Positions 34,789-48,544 of a stretch of 64,000 nucleotides of DNA are shown here, piece by piece; within the stretch, counting starts at the first letter, position 1; each line of letters opens with the position of its first letter. The stretch covers positions 1 through 64,000 of the forward strand of contig JAVEBF010000003.1 in NCBI GenBank assembly GCA_051941275.1, in the 5' to 3' direction. This stretch comes from Dirinaria sp. TL-2023a. Its lineage: Eukaryota. The translations under genes were made by a program, and so were the position numbers. Below the pieces are notes generated by a model, which saw nothing but the letters and a program-made list of their open reading frames with translations, was not told the origin of the DNA and ran no database searches.

Positions 34789-37209
34789 TGTTCAGTCTAG
34801 TGTCCCACCCCAAAGGGTATGCACGTGAGTCTACTTCCAGGGAGGTGGCCCCCCCGGCTGTACCTCGGACTATCTACAAATCGGGTTAGATCAGCCGTTT
34901 CCTCCAGCAACACAGTAAACAATAATAACAAAAACAACAAACAGAACAAGAAGCAGTACATGTGAGTACTCATCAACGTGATGTGTCTGGTCGGATTGCA
35001 GCCCGACGCTCAGACGGCTCAATAACATAGAAAAGCAATAATAGCAATAACAACATGACCTCACTCTTGAATGATTCTCGATAACTTGATCTCACAGTGT
35101 AACTCAAACTTGTTCCTTCAAGATTCAAGAAGGTACTTCGTGAGCTTCTGCCTCAATTGTATGTCGTCCGAATAGTATCTTGATAGGTCGTTCCGACTAA
35201 TCTGAATGTATCCACGTCCGCATGGGACTATGTATGTCTGCTCAAATACTAAAGTGTACACATTCTTAAACCTGACCCGCGTTAGATTGTAACACTCTTA
35301 GGAATAAGTTTGTGCTTAGCTGTGTGACTTGACGCAATCTGAATCAGAAGATTGACATCATGTGTGGATTCTTGCCTTCAAAGAAGACGTGTTTTGAGCC
35401 TTGCTCATGTAGTGTTTTTGAGTGCTTTTCTCTAGCAATCTAACGTCGCTCGAACAGGCGCTTGTTGAGCAAACACAAACACCTTGTGTAAGTGTTTAGT
35501 CTCAAAAGTTAGCCAGAATCAACGCCTGCAACTTTGCATCATTGTAGAGAAGTATTATTGTATCAAAATGTGGTGGGAAATCAAAATGTAGGTTTTCGAG
35601 CATGATCGCGAAGTTTTCTGTACAGTAGAGTACAGTATGTACCTGCTCCGAATAATCGGCGCCCGCACCCTACTTTCCAACCCTCAAGAAGGTCAACGCC
35701 ATATCCGTAAGTTCTGGCGGTTCAGGGGCATGGCAGGGGTACTGCGCAGTCTCAGCCTCAAAACGAGGGGTGTATATCTGATATACGCCGCTCAATTTGC
35801 ATGGCAATTGCTAACAATTCTCCCAGAGCCAATAATGTAGGTACCCTACGATACTATTATATAAACAATGAAGGGAATATCCAACGCTTTCTGGCACAGG
35901 TAAATTCGGTCGTGCCCTGGGGAAACCTCGGTGCAAATGAGTAGCAACAACACCAAGCAGGCATCAAAGCACAAATCAGCAAGTCGTTGATGCGCGTGGC
36001 TTGCTTTGGAAATTATGAGGACCATACTCTACATGTCGAAGGATTGCTGCCATAGTCGATGCGTGAAACCGCCAAGTCACCTATGCACTCATTATCTAGG
36101 CCATGGTCTGAGCCATCATGAATTGTATGCGAGAACAGGGCAGGTGCTGGAGGTGTACTCCGTATGTCCCTACCTTACCTAGGTACCTAAGGTAACCTTA
36201 AATTCTTTTACGATTAGGGTTAGGGCTATGGTGAGCTAGTGTGCCAAGAGGGGAGCAGATACAACCTTCCATACGGAGTACGTCCGATACTCACCAACTT
36301 CCCTGTCTTGCAAAATTCCCACAATCGAAGCACCTCATGTCAGTGCCTGTAACTTACAAACCGAAGACTTGACACGGTAACGTATCTGAATGAATATGGT
36401 AATGAAATCACTTACTTCGCTCTCCTTCCACTTTAAGATGCCACTTTTCTTTTCCGCTATTCTTTTGGCGCCTTTAGTCGTTTCACAAGCGGGGAGCTAC
36501 TGAGTCGTCCTAATAATAAGTCATGCAGCGGCATGAAACATCCATGGCCTGCCGAGAGCCACTACCTAGGTACCTTGAGGTAAGATACCTTAGCTTACAT
36601 TACGTTGGGCTTATCATATGCCCTAATCCCGAGAGGGTCCAGAGCGCACCACGCGCACCGCAGACGGCAGACAGGGATCGGAGCCTCTGGAAGTAAGGTA
36701 CGGAGGTATCTCGCTGGGAGTAAGGAGGGAGGGCTTACGTAGCCCTCCAGAAGAAGCAAGATAAAAAAAAAAAAAATCTTCCTGCGGTACCCTGGCAATT
36801 TCTTCATGCATACTTCCTACTATTCATTTCACCAAAGCGACTTCTCAACCGTTCATTGATAGTTTAATTATGATACCCTCTTCGAAAAACGGGCGATGCG
36901 CATCCTGCCCAGAACTTTGCCGCTCCTGTTGGTTTGTTCCAGCTAGTTTATGTAAGCGATCAGCGGAGGCTTCTTTCTTAGGGACGGTACCTAGGGGAGG
37001 CTCGGCGAGGGTAATAATCATGCCAGATCGTGTGCCTGGGGAGCTGGAGGAGAAACCGTGTTCTCCAATTCCAGCCATGTTGCGTCTCGGAACTGGCTTC
37101 TTGTTCGATTTACTACATCTTTGTCGCCTTTGCGTTTCTTGACCTTGGAATAAATGTGGTTGTGGATTTGTAGCCTTTCGTCGCATTGCCCTCTCGGTTT
37201 CTCGACACC

Positions 37210-38972
37210 ATGAAGCACAGGTATACTTTATTGAGCAGTGTACCAATGCCCTCAAGTTTGTGCAAGCTTGCCGTATATCTTGTTTTCTTTCTTGGAGCGC
37301 TTTTCATTGCAACTCTTGGGCTTCGAGCCTCCATCTCGTCAGCACCGGGCTTTTTCGCAGGCCCTTCATCGAGGGGAGATATCCATGCCTACCAGCAGAT
37401 TTCGAGTCGACCGAACAATGACACGCTGAATGAAGAGCGAGCGAATGGCGTCCGGGACGCCTTCATATTCGCCTTCAATGGCTATTGGGAGACCTGCAAA
37501 GGACAGGACGAACTGCTCCCCAATTCCAATACTTGCGGCAATCCGAGGTAGGGCGAGCTTCATGGCCATAGTAATCTGAAATTGCTAACATGTTGCAGAA
37601 ATCATTATGGAGCGTCCGCCGTAGACGCGCTCAGCACTGCTGCGATTATGGAAATTCCATCTATTGTTGATGAGATTATTGAATGGATACCTTCGATCGA
37701 TTACAATTCAAGCTCCAAGGAACTCAGCGTCTTTGAAACAACTATTCGATATCTCGCAGGGATGCTATCAGGGTACGACCTACTCACAGGGCCATTGTCC
37801 CATGTGGCATCCAATACATCAGCGGTCGAAGGGCTTTTAGCTCAGTCGGTAAACCTGGCAGACGCCCTCAAATACGCCTTCGAAACTCCTACAGGTATTC
37901 CTCATCACAGCCTCTTTCAGACCAAGCACGCCTATGATTCGCCGACTGATAACAGTATCGCTTCCGTTGGAACACTACAAATAGAATGGCAGCGGTTGTC
38001 AGACCTGACAGGCAACCCTGAATACGGCAATCTCGTACAAAAGGCTGAATCATATCTCTTGAACCCGAAGACTGAAATATGGCCTGGCCTAATCGCTACT
38101 CACATAGACATTTACAACGGAGAGTTCACTGATATATACGGAGGATGGAGCGGCGCACAAGATTCTTTCTACGAATATCTTATCAAAATGTACGTCTACG
38201 ACTCATCTCGCTACGGCAATTACAGTGATCGCTGGATAGTGGCTGCTGATTCAACAATGAAACACCTTGCTTCACATCCACCAAAAAAGCCAGAGTTGAC
38301 TTTCATTTCGGGTTACTTTAACCACACCCTTGATCATTCGTCACATCATCTTACCTGTTTCGATGGCGGGAACTTCATACTTGGTGGTCAGGTGTTCAAA
38401 AGGAAAGATTACCTCGATTTCGGCCTTCAGCTTGTCGATAGCTGTCATTGGACCTACAACAGTACTGTCACAAAACTTGGTCCGGAAGACTTTAGCTGGA
38501 ACCCGCACAAAGTGCCCGCGTCCCAAAAAGCTTTCTATGAGAAAAATGGCTACTATATTAAAAACGGCATGTATGATCTGCGTCCAGAAGTTATTGAGAG
38601 CTATTACTATGCGTATAAAGCAACCGGCAATGAGATGTACCGTGATTGGGCGTGGGAAGCTTTCGTTGCCATGAACGAGACATGCAGAGCTGGTAAAGGT
38701 TTTACAGCTATCACTGATGTCAACGCACCCGGCGGTGGAGATAGCCGGAACGAACAAGAGAGCTTTCTCTTCGCTGAAGTCTTGAAATACAGTTACATGA
38801 TACAAAAGCCGGTATGTTTGACTTCAGGCTGAGTTTCATGCCATTGCCGTATGTGCCAGAGGTGCTGACACGGATTTAGTCTCAAGTATGGGATTTCGGC
38901 CACAAGGGGAAAAACCAGTTTGTATACAACACGGAAGCTCATCCTATAAAGTGTGCAGGGCCTCCTGTATGA
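37210..38972 (+). CDS. Class I alpha-1,2-mannosidase (GH47)
   Basis: N-terminal hydrophobic segment, SVFETTIRYLAGMLS, DSFYEYLIK, HLTCFDGG, LRPEVIES, QESFLFAEVLKY and YNTEAHP. Introns 37548-37598 and 38812-38879. Confidence 0.93.
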
Positions 38973-41243
38973 TCCAGGGGCGCCTTGCGTGTTTGATTCA
39001 GGTATATATATTGTAGTACATCGCGACTTCGGATAGGGCGTATAGCGGCTTGGACACCACGCTTGGCATTCGAAAATGGGAATATATCATCATAGGAGCC
39101 CAAAACTGGTCTATGGACGTGGTCTTGTCGACATGGCGATATGTTAGCAAACGAGAATATAATACTTGTTTCTCAGTCTGGGCACTAAAAATACTTAATT
39201 TTGACAACAGACATTTGCTCAGGAGTACCCTACCTCTCTATGTATCCGGGAAGATCCTTGAGGAACCGTTGTATCATCCTTTGGACCCTCACCACATCGC
39301 AGTGCCACCAACGCTGAGAGTAAGGTATAATTAATTGCTCTTCAGCCAATGAGGATCTCCTGGGACTCATGATGATGTAATTGCGGTTGTTGAACTCAGC
39401 TAAATGTAAGTACTCTGTCGGATTACGGGTATTGGGACTATTCCAACCGGCCATTTACCTGCGACGGTTCTGCAACAGGAGGGAGGAAATCTTTTTTGCT
39501 GGCTCTCGACCCAAGGGTTCTCGAGTTGTTCCAATTTGGCTTCGTAGCAAGCCGCTTTCGCATCAGACCTCCGCCTCCACCCCTGGGCTGGTGATATACC
39601 TCATTGAGCATGGCCTGTCTCATCATCACCGGTATCTTGATACTCCAATGCTTCAAGTGGGCCCCCAGGTATTACTAGCCACGTCACGAAGTTATCAAAC
39701 TGCTTGAGACTGAAGGGTCTCGCTTCGAGTATGGCAAGTCAGAAATCGTCGTTCAATAGACCGAAGCTTGATCATGTAAACCATCAACTGACGTAGGTGG
39801 ACCATCCGGTTCGCTACCCATTTGCTAAATTCGTACCTACGAGAACTCTCGTCGAATTCATTTTCAAAGCTCAACGGTAGGGATCGTTCATACATGATCA
39901 TACTCTCCAGCAGTCGCCCATCGGCCTTTGGATGAGGAATTTGTCTACAAGTACCCGACTGTAGTAGATGTGGACGGTGGAACCTTTTCTACAGCCATTG
40001 CTGATAGGTTGATGATCAAAGCTTGCAAACGAAGCGAAATTGCCCGCAGCCGACGCTTTTGAAAATGCTACAGTTACCTATGCACGTGGATCCGTTGTAT
40101 GGTTTGATTTCACTATACTTCTCATTATCAACCAAGTCGCTTAGAATCGTAGAAGAAACGTGCCGAGAATTGGAGAAGCTTAAGTGCTGGCTGGTCTGGT
40201 TAGCCGTTACCTATTAGGTGGTCGCCCGGGGAAAACAGAGCACCCAATACAATTATCCAGGCAAGCTGATCGCCTACCTGCAACGCGCCTATGCTCGCCA
40301 AGGAACCTTGGTTGCCAACCGGAGCAGTGCTGCCGCCAGCTGACTTTCAGTTTGGACGCGTGTCACGCTAATCAGGACTTTGGTACCTTTTGACACAAGT
40401 CGCTGGCTCTTATCAAGCCTCATTCGAAGCATCAATATTCGTACGCCTTGCGCGGTACGATTGCGACATGTCTGAGGGTCACTAAGGGAGTACGCCTTTC
40501 GCAATCAATCTTCAAAGTCAGGTAGGTACGTGTTGTTGAGCTGGAGGGGCAATGCATGTACAAAGCTTCTCGAGAACATTTCCGCAAGGGCATCACTTTG
40601 CCATCTGTCACTCTATCTATCATATGCGCTCGACGTCGCAGCCTGGTAGGAGCTCCACAAACAAAAATTCCAAAGCGTTGAACTCTTGTTTGGGGTCCAG
40701 CCTTGGGCAGTGAGGACCGCTTCGGGAATCCGAGATGGGTTGTTTTCGTGGCGGGTCGGACGACCAGAACGAGGCCACTTTTGAAGAAGCCTTTCTAAGG
40801 GCCTCGGGCCCGATAAATGCGGCATGCGCCCGGGCTTTAAGGTTGCAGGTGAGAAGGGAATAATCTGGAGGTCTCAGAGAGTCAGAATTCGTCACGGCGG
40901 AGCTAATGCACAAAAGGTCTTTAAGCCCGGCCGCGTATCTACATCGAGTCCGCATTAAACCCGGTGGGTTTGGGCGACCATGACAGCATGCATGTACACT
41001 AGCAGCTGATGAGTCTTCAATGGAGGCAAAATGTCCTGTAATGGACGCTATATAATATAGTTGCATACGCCAATATCACAATGATTCGTGTGTTGTTACT
41101 ATCTTACCTTTCCTTACCTCTTCCAACTCTTCATCTGTACCTTTACGCCTGGGAGGACTTCTGACCGCACTCTCGTCAGTCAATAGATCATTATTTGCAT
41201 CAACATGAGGCGATCTTCTTAATTGTCCATCCCGAGCTCGAAG

Positions 41244-43244
41244 ATGGATGAGCCAGAATCAAATCGGACTGAGGCTTCCGTGACGAGGCTTCACAGAAGC
41301 AGATCACAACCTTCACCTTTGCACGGAAGCGATCGCCAACCTCGACTTTCAAGGGTCTTTTCGGCACAGCATCTAGATGATCACTCTCATTACCATGGCG
41401 ATATCGAGCCGCGCAATCGCGCATCATTGGAAACAACACCAATAGAGGAGTCAGATTTCTCGGAAAAGGGACCGGAGACCGAAGATCGGGAAGCCGGTTC
41501 TTTGAGCGGTGAAGCCAATGAAGTTCGAGAAGGCATTGCCAATGAGGGAGATGTGGAAGCGCCGCTGGAAAAGGTCAAGAGCTCGAGGTCCAACAAGCCT
41601 GCTGACTTGGTAAGCCCGCTTCGCTTATGAAGACGGGGGAAATTGCTGAGATCTAGAACTCAGGTCACTTGGGATGGCCCAAATGATCCCGAAAATCCGA
41701 AGAATTGGAGTAAAAAGGTCAGGTGGGGTGCCACGCTCGTCGTCTCATCCTTTACGTTCATTTCGCCCGTTTCCTCTTCAATGGTAGCACCTGCAATAGT
41801 TTCAATCGCAACGGAATTTAAAATCACCAATGAGGTCGAGCAGCAAATGGTATTGTCGGTATTCATTCTGGCTTACGCAGTGGGTCCTCTCTTCCTCGGC
41901 CCTTTGTCAGAGATATATGGCAGGGTCCCGGTACTACAGCTAGCCAATCTGTTTTTCCTAGTGTTCAATAGTGCGGCTGGAGGAAGTAAGAACAAGGGAG
42001 AGATGATCGCTTTCCGTTTCTTATCTGGGTTGGGAGGTAGCGCGCCACTTGCCGTTGGCGGTGGTGTACTGAGCGATTGCTGGAAGCCAGAAGAAAGAGG
42101 ACGTGCAATCAGCATCTACAGTTTAGCTCCGTTACTTGGACCCGCGATCGGACCTATCGCTGGAGGATTTATCACACAAAATACCACTTGGCGCTGGGCG
42201 TTTTACTCCGTGTCTATCGCGGACGCCTTGATCCAGCTATTGGGCCTTTTTTTACTTCGAGAATCGTATGCGCCCAAGCTCCTACACGCAAAAGCTAATA
42301 AGCTGCGGAAGGAGACGGGCAACAGGAATTTGCATACAGAATATGAGCATTCAGATCGCAACTTCGCTAACACAATGAAACGCTCCTTGATCAGACCATT
42401 CAGGCTCCTTGGCACTCAACACATCATTCAAGTCCTTGCTTTGTACATGGCTTACCTCTATGGGTTGATGTATCTTGTGCTTTCGACATTCCCAGTACTC
42501 TGGACGGAGCGCTATCACGAGTCGATCGGTATTGGTGGTCTAAACTACATCTCACTGGCTCTTGGCTTTTTCCTCGGAACCCAAATCTGTGCGCCATTGA
42601 ACGATAAGATATATCGCCGCCTGAAGCATAGAAACGACGGTATTGGCAAACCTGAGTTTAGGATACCGCTCATGGTCCCTGGATCGATTCTGGTACCTTC
42701 CGGGCTGTTCCTGTATGGCTGTAAGTTGTATTTTCCGAGCATGATTATCACCATTTGAGCCTCTCAAGGACCCTGTGGAACGTCTGAGCAGCAACGCCGC
42801 GCTCTTAGCGAAACCAACTGACTCAGACGGAATGCTGACTCCACCAACTTACAGGGACCGCTCAGTACCACTTGCACTGGGTAATCCCCAATGTCGGGGT
42901 GAGCAAAGACCCAATCTTCCATTCCGGACGTCTGAAATCCTAATCCATTGCAGGTCGCGATATTCAGCGCAGGTGCCATTGTTGGATTCCAGTGCATTCA
43001 GACATATCTGATTGATTCTTACCAGACGTTCGCAGCGTCCGCGCTTGCCGCAGCGACGGTGTTACGAAGTTGTGCAGGGTTTGGGTTCCCACTATTTGCG
43101 CCGTATATGTATAGTGCGCTGAACTATGGGTGGGGTAATAGTCTGCTGGGCTTTGTTGCGATCAGCATAGGCTTGCCAGCTCCTGTACTATTATGGATAT
43201 TCGGGAAGAGACTTAGGGAGAGGAGTCCTTTTGCTGCTGGTTGA
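41244..43244 (+). CDS. MFS drug:H+ antiporter (DHA1 family)
   Basis: VTWDGPNDPENPKNW, GPLSEIYGR, WRW, ESYAP and PEFRIP. Introns about 41610-41663, 42721-42854 and 42899-42953. Confidence 0.92.
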
Positions 43245-43933
43245 GATTTGTTAGGATAGAATGGAATGAATGCAAAATCATGGGCGAGATGAGATATGAT
43301 TAGTAGTATTATATAGCATGACTTTTGATCATTGTAAAACCATATTATATATATTATTGAACTCGAAGATACGGTGCTCGTACCCCAGGTGGTGATCGAA
43401 AATGAAGCTGACCGAGGCCCTCGGCCCTGCAGTGTTGTTTCTTAGGGGAAGGTAAAATGCAGTGGCCCACCTAAGAGGTAGGTACCTTACCTAAGCGAGC
43501 CAAGGGTACCTACGGTTAAGGCACTTAATGAGGGTACAGTACGAGAGTAGTAAGGTATCTTACCTCACGAGTACTCATGGTCATGGAACTGTGGCTGAGA
43601 CGCCGTTGTAAGTTGGCAAGCCACGCGCAACTCTTGTCAGTTGTCACTTGCTTCTCGACGTCACCTGCAATAAGAATTCCCGCTATCAAATGTGATCGGC
43701 TTAACCTAATATTACTCTATAAACATTGGTGCAACTTCATGGGCTGGGCTGAGCCTCGGTGGCATTATGATCTTCCTTCCACCTCATCATCTTTTCCTGC
43801 GCCTTGTACTGTCCCACCGCTTGATGTGTGCTCAAGATACATCACTTGCAGTAGGTAGTAATAGCACACTCGCTATTCCACTTCATCACACCTGTTCTTG
43901 GACTCTCGCTCTTATTCTGTATGCCACAGCAAC

Positions 43934-46259
43934 ATGAACGATCCCGGCCTCGACGCGCCCATCTCCGATGACGCGAAAGCAGTGGAGGTTGACCAGAATG
44001 AGGACCGAAAAGAAGAAGAGATAGAAGCCGAGGATGAACAGGCATTCCTGAATCCAAGGTTCAACCTCCATCCCACTGGTTCAGAACACTGCTGACGGGG
44101 TTCTAGTCGATGGTGGTTCGCCTCGACTGCATTCCCTTTGCTTGCCGTACGCGCACTGTTGTCCTCGACTTTGAGATCAACGCTAACCACGCCGTCAAGG
44201 GCACCTTTGGACCAATGGCAAGTGCCTTCTCCGTCTGCGCCCTGGTAGAGAACTGGAGAGTTGTGGTCCCCCCAGGCGGGAACGAAGCCCATGGAATCGA
44301 TGTTAAGGATCCAAAATGGTAGGGAAAATATGGATATCCCTTCAAGGCGCGACCCACAAATCGCGAAACAAGAAGGCACTTCAGTGTCACTAGTGCTTTC
44401 CCTATCAGTCGCATGCTCCATTGCTAGAAGGGGCTTTACTGACTCTCTAACGTAGGCTAATAGCCGTCAACGCTGTATCGCTCACGCTTGCACTGATCGC
44501 CAACTTTGCCCTACTATTGAACATGGCTCGCCGTCTTTCGTTTTCCGTCGCACAATCCGTAACCATCATCGGATGGTATATTTCTTCCATCCTACTGATA
44601 TCGCTCGTTGCAGCTGCTGTCCATATCGTCAAAATCCCTGGAGAAAACCGAGCTTTGACGCAAGCCTTCTATTATGCAATCATAGCTGCTATGCTTTACT
44701 TTATCATTGCAACTTTGATGGCCGTCACCGTATACTGCGCGTACAAGGGTCATTACGCCAAAGACTTCAAGCTTACCATGAGTCAGCGCACCCTGATGTT
44801 GCAGACCATCAGTTTCATGGTTTACATGATCGCGGGTGCCGCGGTCTATGCGAAAGTTGAGAAATGGAAATTCCTAGACGCGGTCTATTTTACCAATTAT
44901 ACATTGCTCACGGTAGGTATTGGGGACTATGCTCCTTCGACACATCTTGGTAGAGGATTGCTCTTCCCTTACGCCATTGGTGGGATTGTCACGCTTGGTC
45001 TTGTAGTCGGCTCCATCAGATCTCTTGTCTTGGAACGGGGTAAGAAAAAGCTCGGCAGTCGTATGATCGAGAAGAAGCGGGAAGCCCTCCTCAAGAACCT
45101 TCGTAAGAAAGAGGACACCGCTCGGCTCATACCTGTAGGGAGCGAGGAGCATGCCGCTCAGGTTGGTATGAACGAGCGGGAGAGGCGAAAGCAGGAATTT
45201 TACCTCATGCGCGAAATCCAAGACCGTGCTTCGGTAAGACAAAAATGGACTGCACTAATCGTTTCCGGTACTGCGTGGTTTATACTATGGTTCGTTGGGG
45301 CTGTAGTCTTCTGGAAGGCAGAGCATGCACAAACGTGGAGCTACTTCGAAGCTGTCTATTTCTCCTATACTTCTCTGTTGACTATTGGGTACGGGGATTT
45401 GGCGCCATTCAGCAATGCTGGGAAGCCTTTCTTTGTGTTCTGGTCTTTGCTCGCTGTTCCTACACTCACGATCCTGATCAGTAATATGGGAGATACAGTG
45501 GTCAAAAGTGTTCGTGATTTGACTCTGTACTTGGGTGAATTTACTGTGTTGCCAGGCGAAGTGGGTATCAAAGATCGGGCGGTAGAGGCAATTGCAAAGC
45601 TCCGGTTCGATAAGGTTCTCAAAGATGGAAAAGCCCACGTCATGAACGAGCCCCCTAGCTACCTCGGAGAGAAGAAGTCTGAGGAGGGGAGCAAATCTCA
45701 GGCTCAGGGCGTGCGTGCTGCCGCCGCAGATGACGTTGCAAAGACATATGAACACGAAGAGCTCCAGGCAGCTGAGGCGGCCCGGGAACGAGGAGATACG
45801 CTCCTGGAAAATTTTCACGAGTATCACTACCTACTCGTTAGAGAGTTTAGGAACGTAATGAAGCATCTCAACGAGAATCCGCCTCGGAAGTACACGTATG
45901 AAGAGTGGGCCTGGTTCTTGAAGCTGATGGGAGAAGATGAAGCATCGATCAACTCGCATCGAAGAGCTCCCATCAAGGTTCAGAAGCCGAAAGACTCAAA
46001 GCCCGACACCCAACAGGCGCAGAGCGACGACAAAGACAACAGTCTCAGGCAGTGGAGCTGGTTAGGCAATCGCAGTCCTTTGATGGGGGAGACGGAAGAG
46101 GCGGAGTGGGTGCTGGAAAGGCTCTCAAACACTTTAGAGAGACAGTTGAAGAAGCAATTTGAAGCGGGGAAGAGAGGTTCTGACGAGAAAAGTGTGCCGC
46201 ATCACTCGGTCGCGCGAAACTCCAATAGTAGTAACAGCAGTAGCTCACACGCGGGATAG
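43934..46259 (+). CDS. TOK1: Two-pore-domain outward-rectifying K+ channel (TOK family)
   Basis: MNDPGLD, PSRWWFASTAFPLLAGTFGPMA and two pore loops (LLTVGIGD, LLTIGYGD). Introns 44059-44106, about 44149-44199 and about 44319-44455. Confidence 0.9.
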
Positions 46260-46774
46260 TAATCGATCGATACTCTATCTCTCGCTTGGAGCTTTTAGGT
46301 CAAAAAAGATCTCATTGCGTCGGGCTCCAGCTTATTCACAAGAAAGGTTGCATCTCTTACCATTCGAAAGTCTTACTTTTCCCTTGTATTATTACATGAT
46401 CCCATACTTCGGAATCCCGGCGGTGGTCGACAAAGATCGATCCACAGCGCCGACAGGACCAAACATGAGCGAAATTGTCAGACTGTGGACTTACCTGGCT
46501 TTCTTTCAACCCTCATCGGTTTTCCTGGCCTGAGCTAGCCTGAAGTACTATCCGAAGGTGCCCTTAGGGAGGGCCTTGGCTTCACTGCTCCTTTTCATTA
46601 CTATCGCATTCCCGCTGACAGTCATTGTTCAATTTCCACGCACAGAATCCGTAAACCCGAAGCGATGAATAGCGCAGTCAGTGCGGATTCCAAGCAACGC
46701 ATTCCTACCTTACGGAGATAGCTCTACCAGAGTATTCCAATAGGCGCTGTTTCCTTCATCTACTAGTCATTCGA

Positions 46775-48112
46775 ATGGCAATGCGCCCATTCTGCATAAC
46801 CTCAGACAGTGTGATCTTAGATCAATCAGCCTGGCAACCTTCTTATGCAAATGCTCCTCTTCCATTCAAGATGGGTTCCAACCCCAATAAAGGAGAAATA
46901 GTAGCTTATTTCGCTGTGGTGATTTTTCTGGTTGCCGGGATTCTCTCGAGCACCTACTACTACCTCTGGCGCCGCAATAAGAAGATCAAAAACCAACAAC
47001 CCGTGATTATTGGGCTTACAAGCCAGCATAGAAGGGCTCAGTCAAGCCGTGATCTGCTAGACAACCGGCTGCAGCCACTTCCGCTCGCACACATCCCTTC
47101 AGCATCGAGGAACAACGGCAGCTTCTTCAGGGAAGGCCCTCTGTCACCTTCCCAACTCCGTGCACTGGCGCAACACAACCGGGGTTTCTTTAGAGAACGG
47201 CCTGACATATTCACGCACGGTTGGAGACACTCTATAGAGGACGACGACAACGACTTCACGGCCCAGTGGGCAAGAGAGCAAGCTTCCAGCAACGCGTACC
47301 GCAGATCCAATCCCCTGACAATCTACCCCGAATCCAGCATCTCCTCTGTTCCTCGAAGACCCTACACCCACCCGAGAGACTACCCAGCATATCCCAGAAG
47401 AACACCGCCACACGCACCGTCGCGACAACGACCAAGCCTCGAACTTCAACGATCACCACCACCACCGACACCGCAACAACAACAACACTTCTTCCAGCCA
47501 GCTGCCGGCGATCGAGAAGATGTCTCGTCTGCCGACGAAGACTTTATCCAATCAACTCGAAGGCTGTCCTACACCTCTCTCACCCCGCCTCGGAACAGCG
47601 ATCCCGAAAGTCATGGATACGCGGAGCCTACGGAAGCAGCACAGCACTACCACGAGCCACATCGAGCCTTGACCTCTCACCTTACGCAAAACCGGGCCCC
47701 TTCTCATCACCGCGCGCCTTCCCAATCCCATTCCTTCCACCTCCCCACCATATCGTCGCACATCCCACCGACACCCTCTACCGTTTCTCCACCTACCGAC
47801 ATCGCCGCCTGCGTCAATCCGTACTACCTGTCCTCCCAACAGCAGTCGCGCCTCAGAGACTGGTCAATCTTCGGCCTGGGCAGCGAGGCGAGTAGCAGTG
47901 TTGGCCAACAGGAATGGGTGGTGCAAGGGCGAGCTGCTATGCTGGCGCAGGAGAGCCCGACTCCGGCGCCGCTGAGCTTCGAGCAGAGGTCGCGATCACA
48001 TGATGATGGCGACGTGAGAGAGTCACATGGCGGAGGAAAGGAGATGGAGGGAGACGGAGAGGATGACGCAGTGCTAGAGTCGGTGGCTTACAGAGCTGGT
48101 GGGCGTTTTTAG
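46775..48112 (+). CDS. Hypothetical single-pass membrane protein with long disordered P/S/H/Q-rich tail
   Basis: 445-aa ORF with TM segment IVAYFAVVIFLVAGILSSTYYYLW followed by basic RRNKK. True start may be the ATG at 46871. Confidence 0.6.
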   Translation: MAMRPFCITSDSVILDQSAWQPSYANAPLPFKMGSNPNKGEIVAYFAVVIFLVAGILSSTYYYLWRRNKKIKNQQPVIIGLTSQHRRAQSSRDLLDNRLQPLPLAHIPSASRNNGSFFREGPLSPSQLRALAQHNRGFFRERPDIFTHGWRHSIEDDDNDFTAQWAREQASSNAYRRSNPLTIYPESSISSVPRRPYTHPRDYPAYPRRTPPHAPSRQRPSLELQRSPPPPTPQQQQHFFQPAAGDREDVSSADEDFIQSTRRLSYTSLTPPRNSDPESHGYAEPTEAAQHYHEPHRALTSHLTQNRAPSHHRAPSQSHSFHLPTISSHIPPTPSTVSPPTDIAACVNPYYLSSQQQSRLRDWSIFGLGSEASSSVGQQEWVVQGRAAMLAQESPTPAPLSFEQRSRSHDDGDVRESHGGGKEMEGDGEDDAVLESVAYRAGGRF

Positions 48113-48544
48113 TAACGTACGCGTAAGGTTATGCGATACGGGTGTCATCAATGGTGGAAGACTTTTGGCTTCTTGTTGCGAGAGGAGCAACCGTGGGGCG
48201 TGGGATTGCCTTTCTTGGGGGGCTTTGTCGTTAACAGATCATTTATATTGGAGGGCCAAAGGCCGTGATAGTTGGGTCCACTGCATTCTGCGCTATTTCG
48301 GATAGGGGTAGTAAATTTTGTAAAGGCTGACAGACATGAGTCTGCTGGCTAGCCACCTGAAATTTACAAGGGATCTATGCGGTCCACGCACAAGATCTGG
48401 TCAGTAAGGATGAGTGCTAGTCCCTGAATCCAGCTCCGCCTCATCAGATGTGGAATGTAAAAAGAATGCTGTAAGGGGTATAGGGTATGAGAACTAAAGC
48501 CATCACAGAATTAGAACGCAGATAAGCAACCTCACAACTCAAGC

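Noticed and set aside
36214..36225. Telomeric repeat TTAGGGTTAGGG
   Set aside because: Only two copies, internal to the window, so not a telomere or fusion scar. At most a Tbf1-like binding site.
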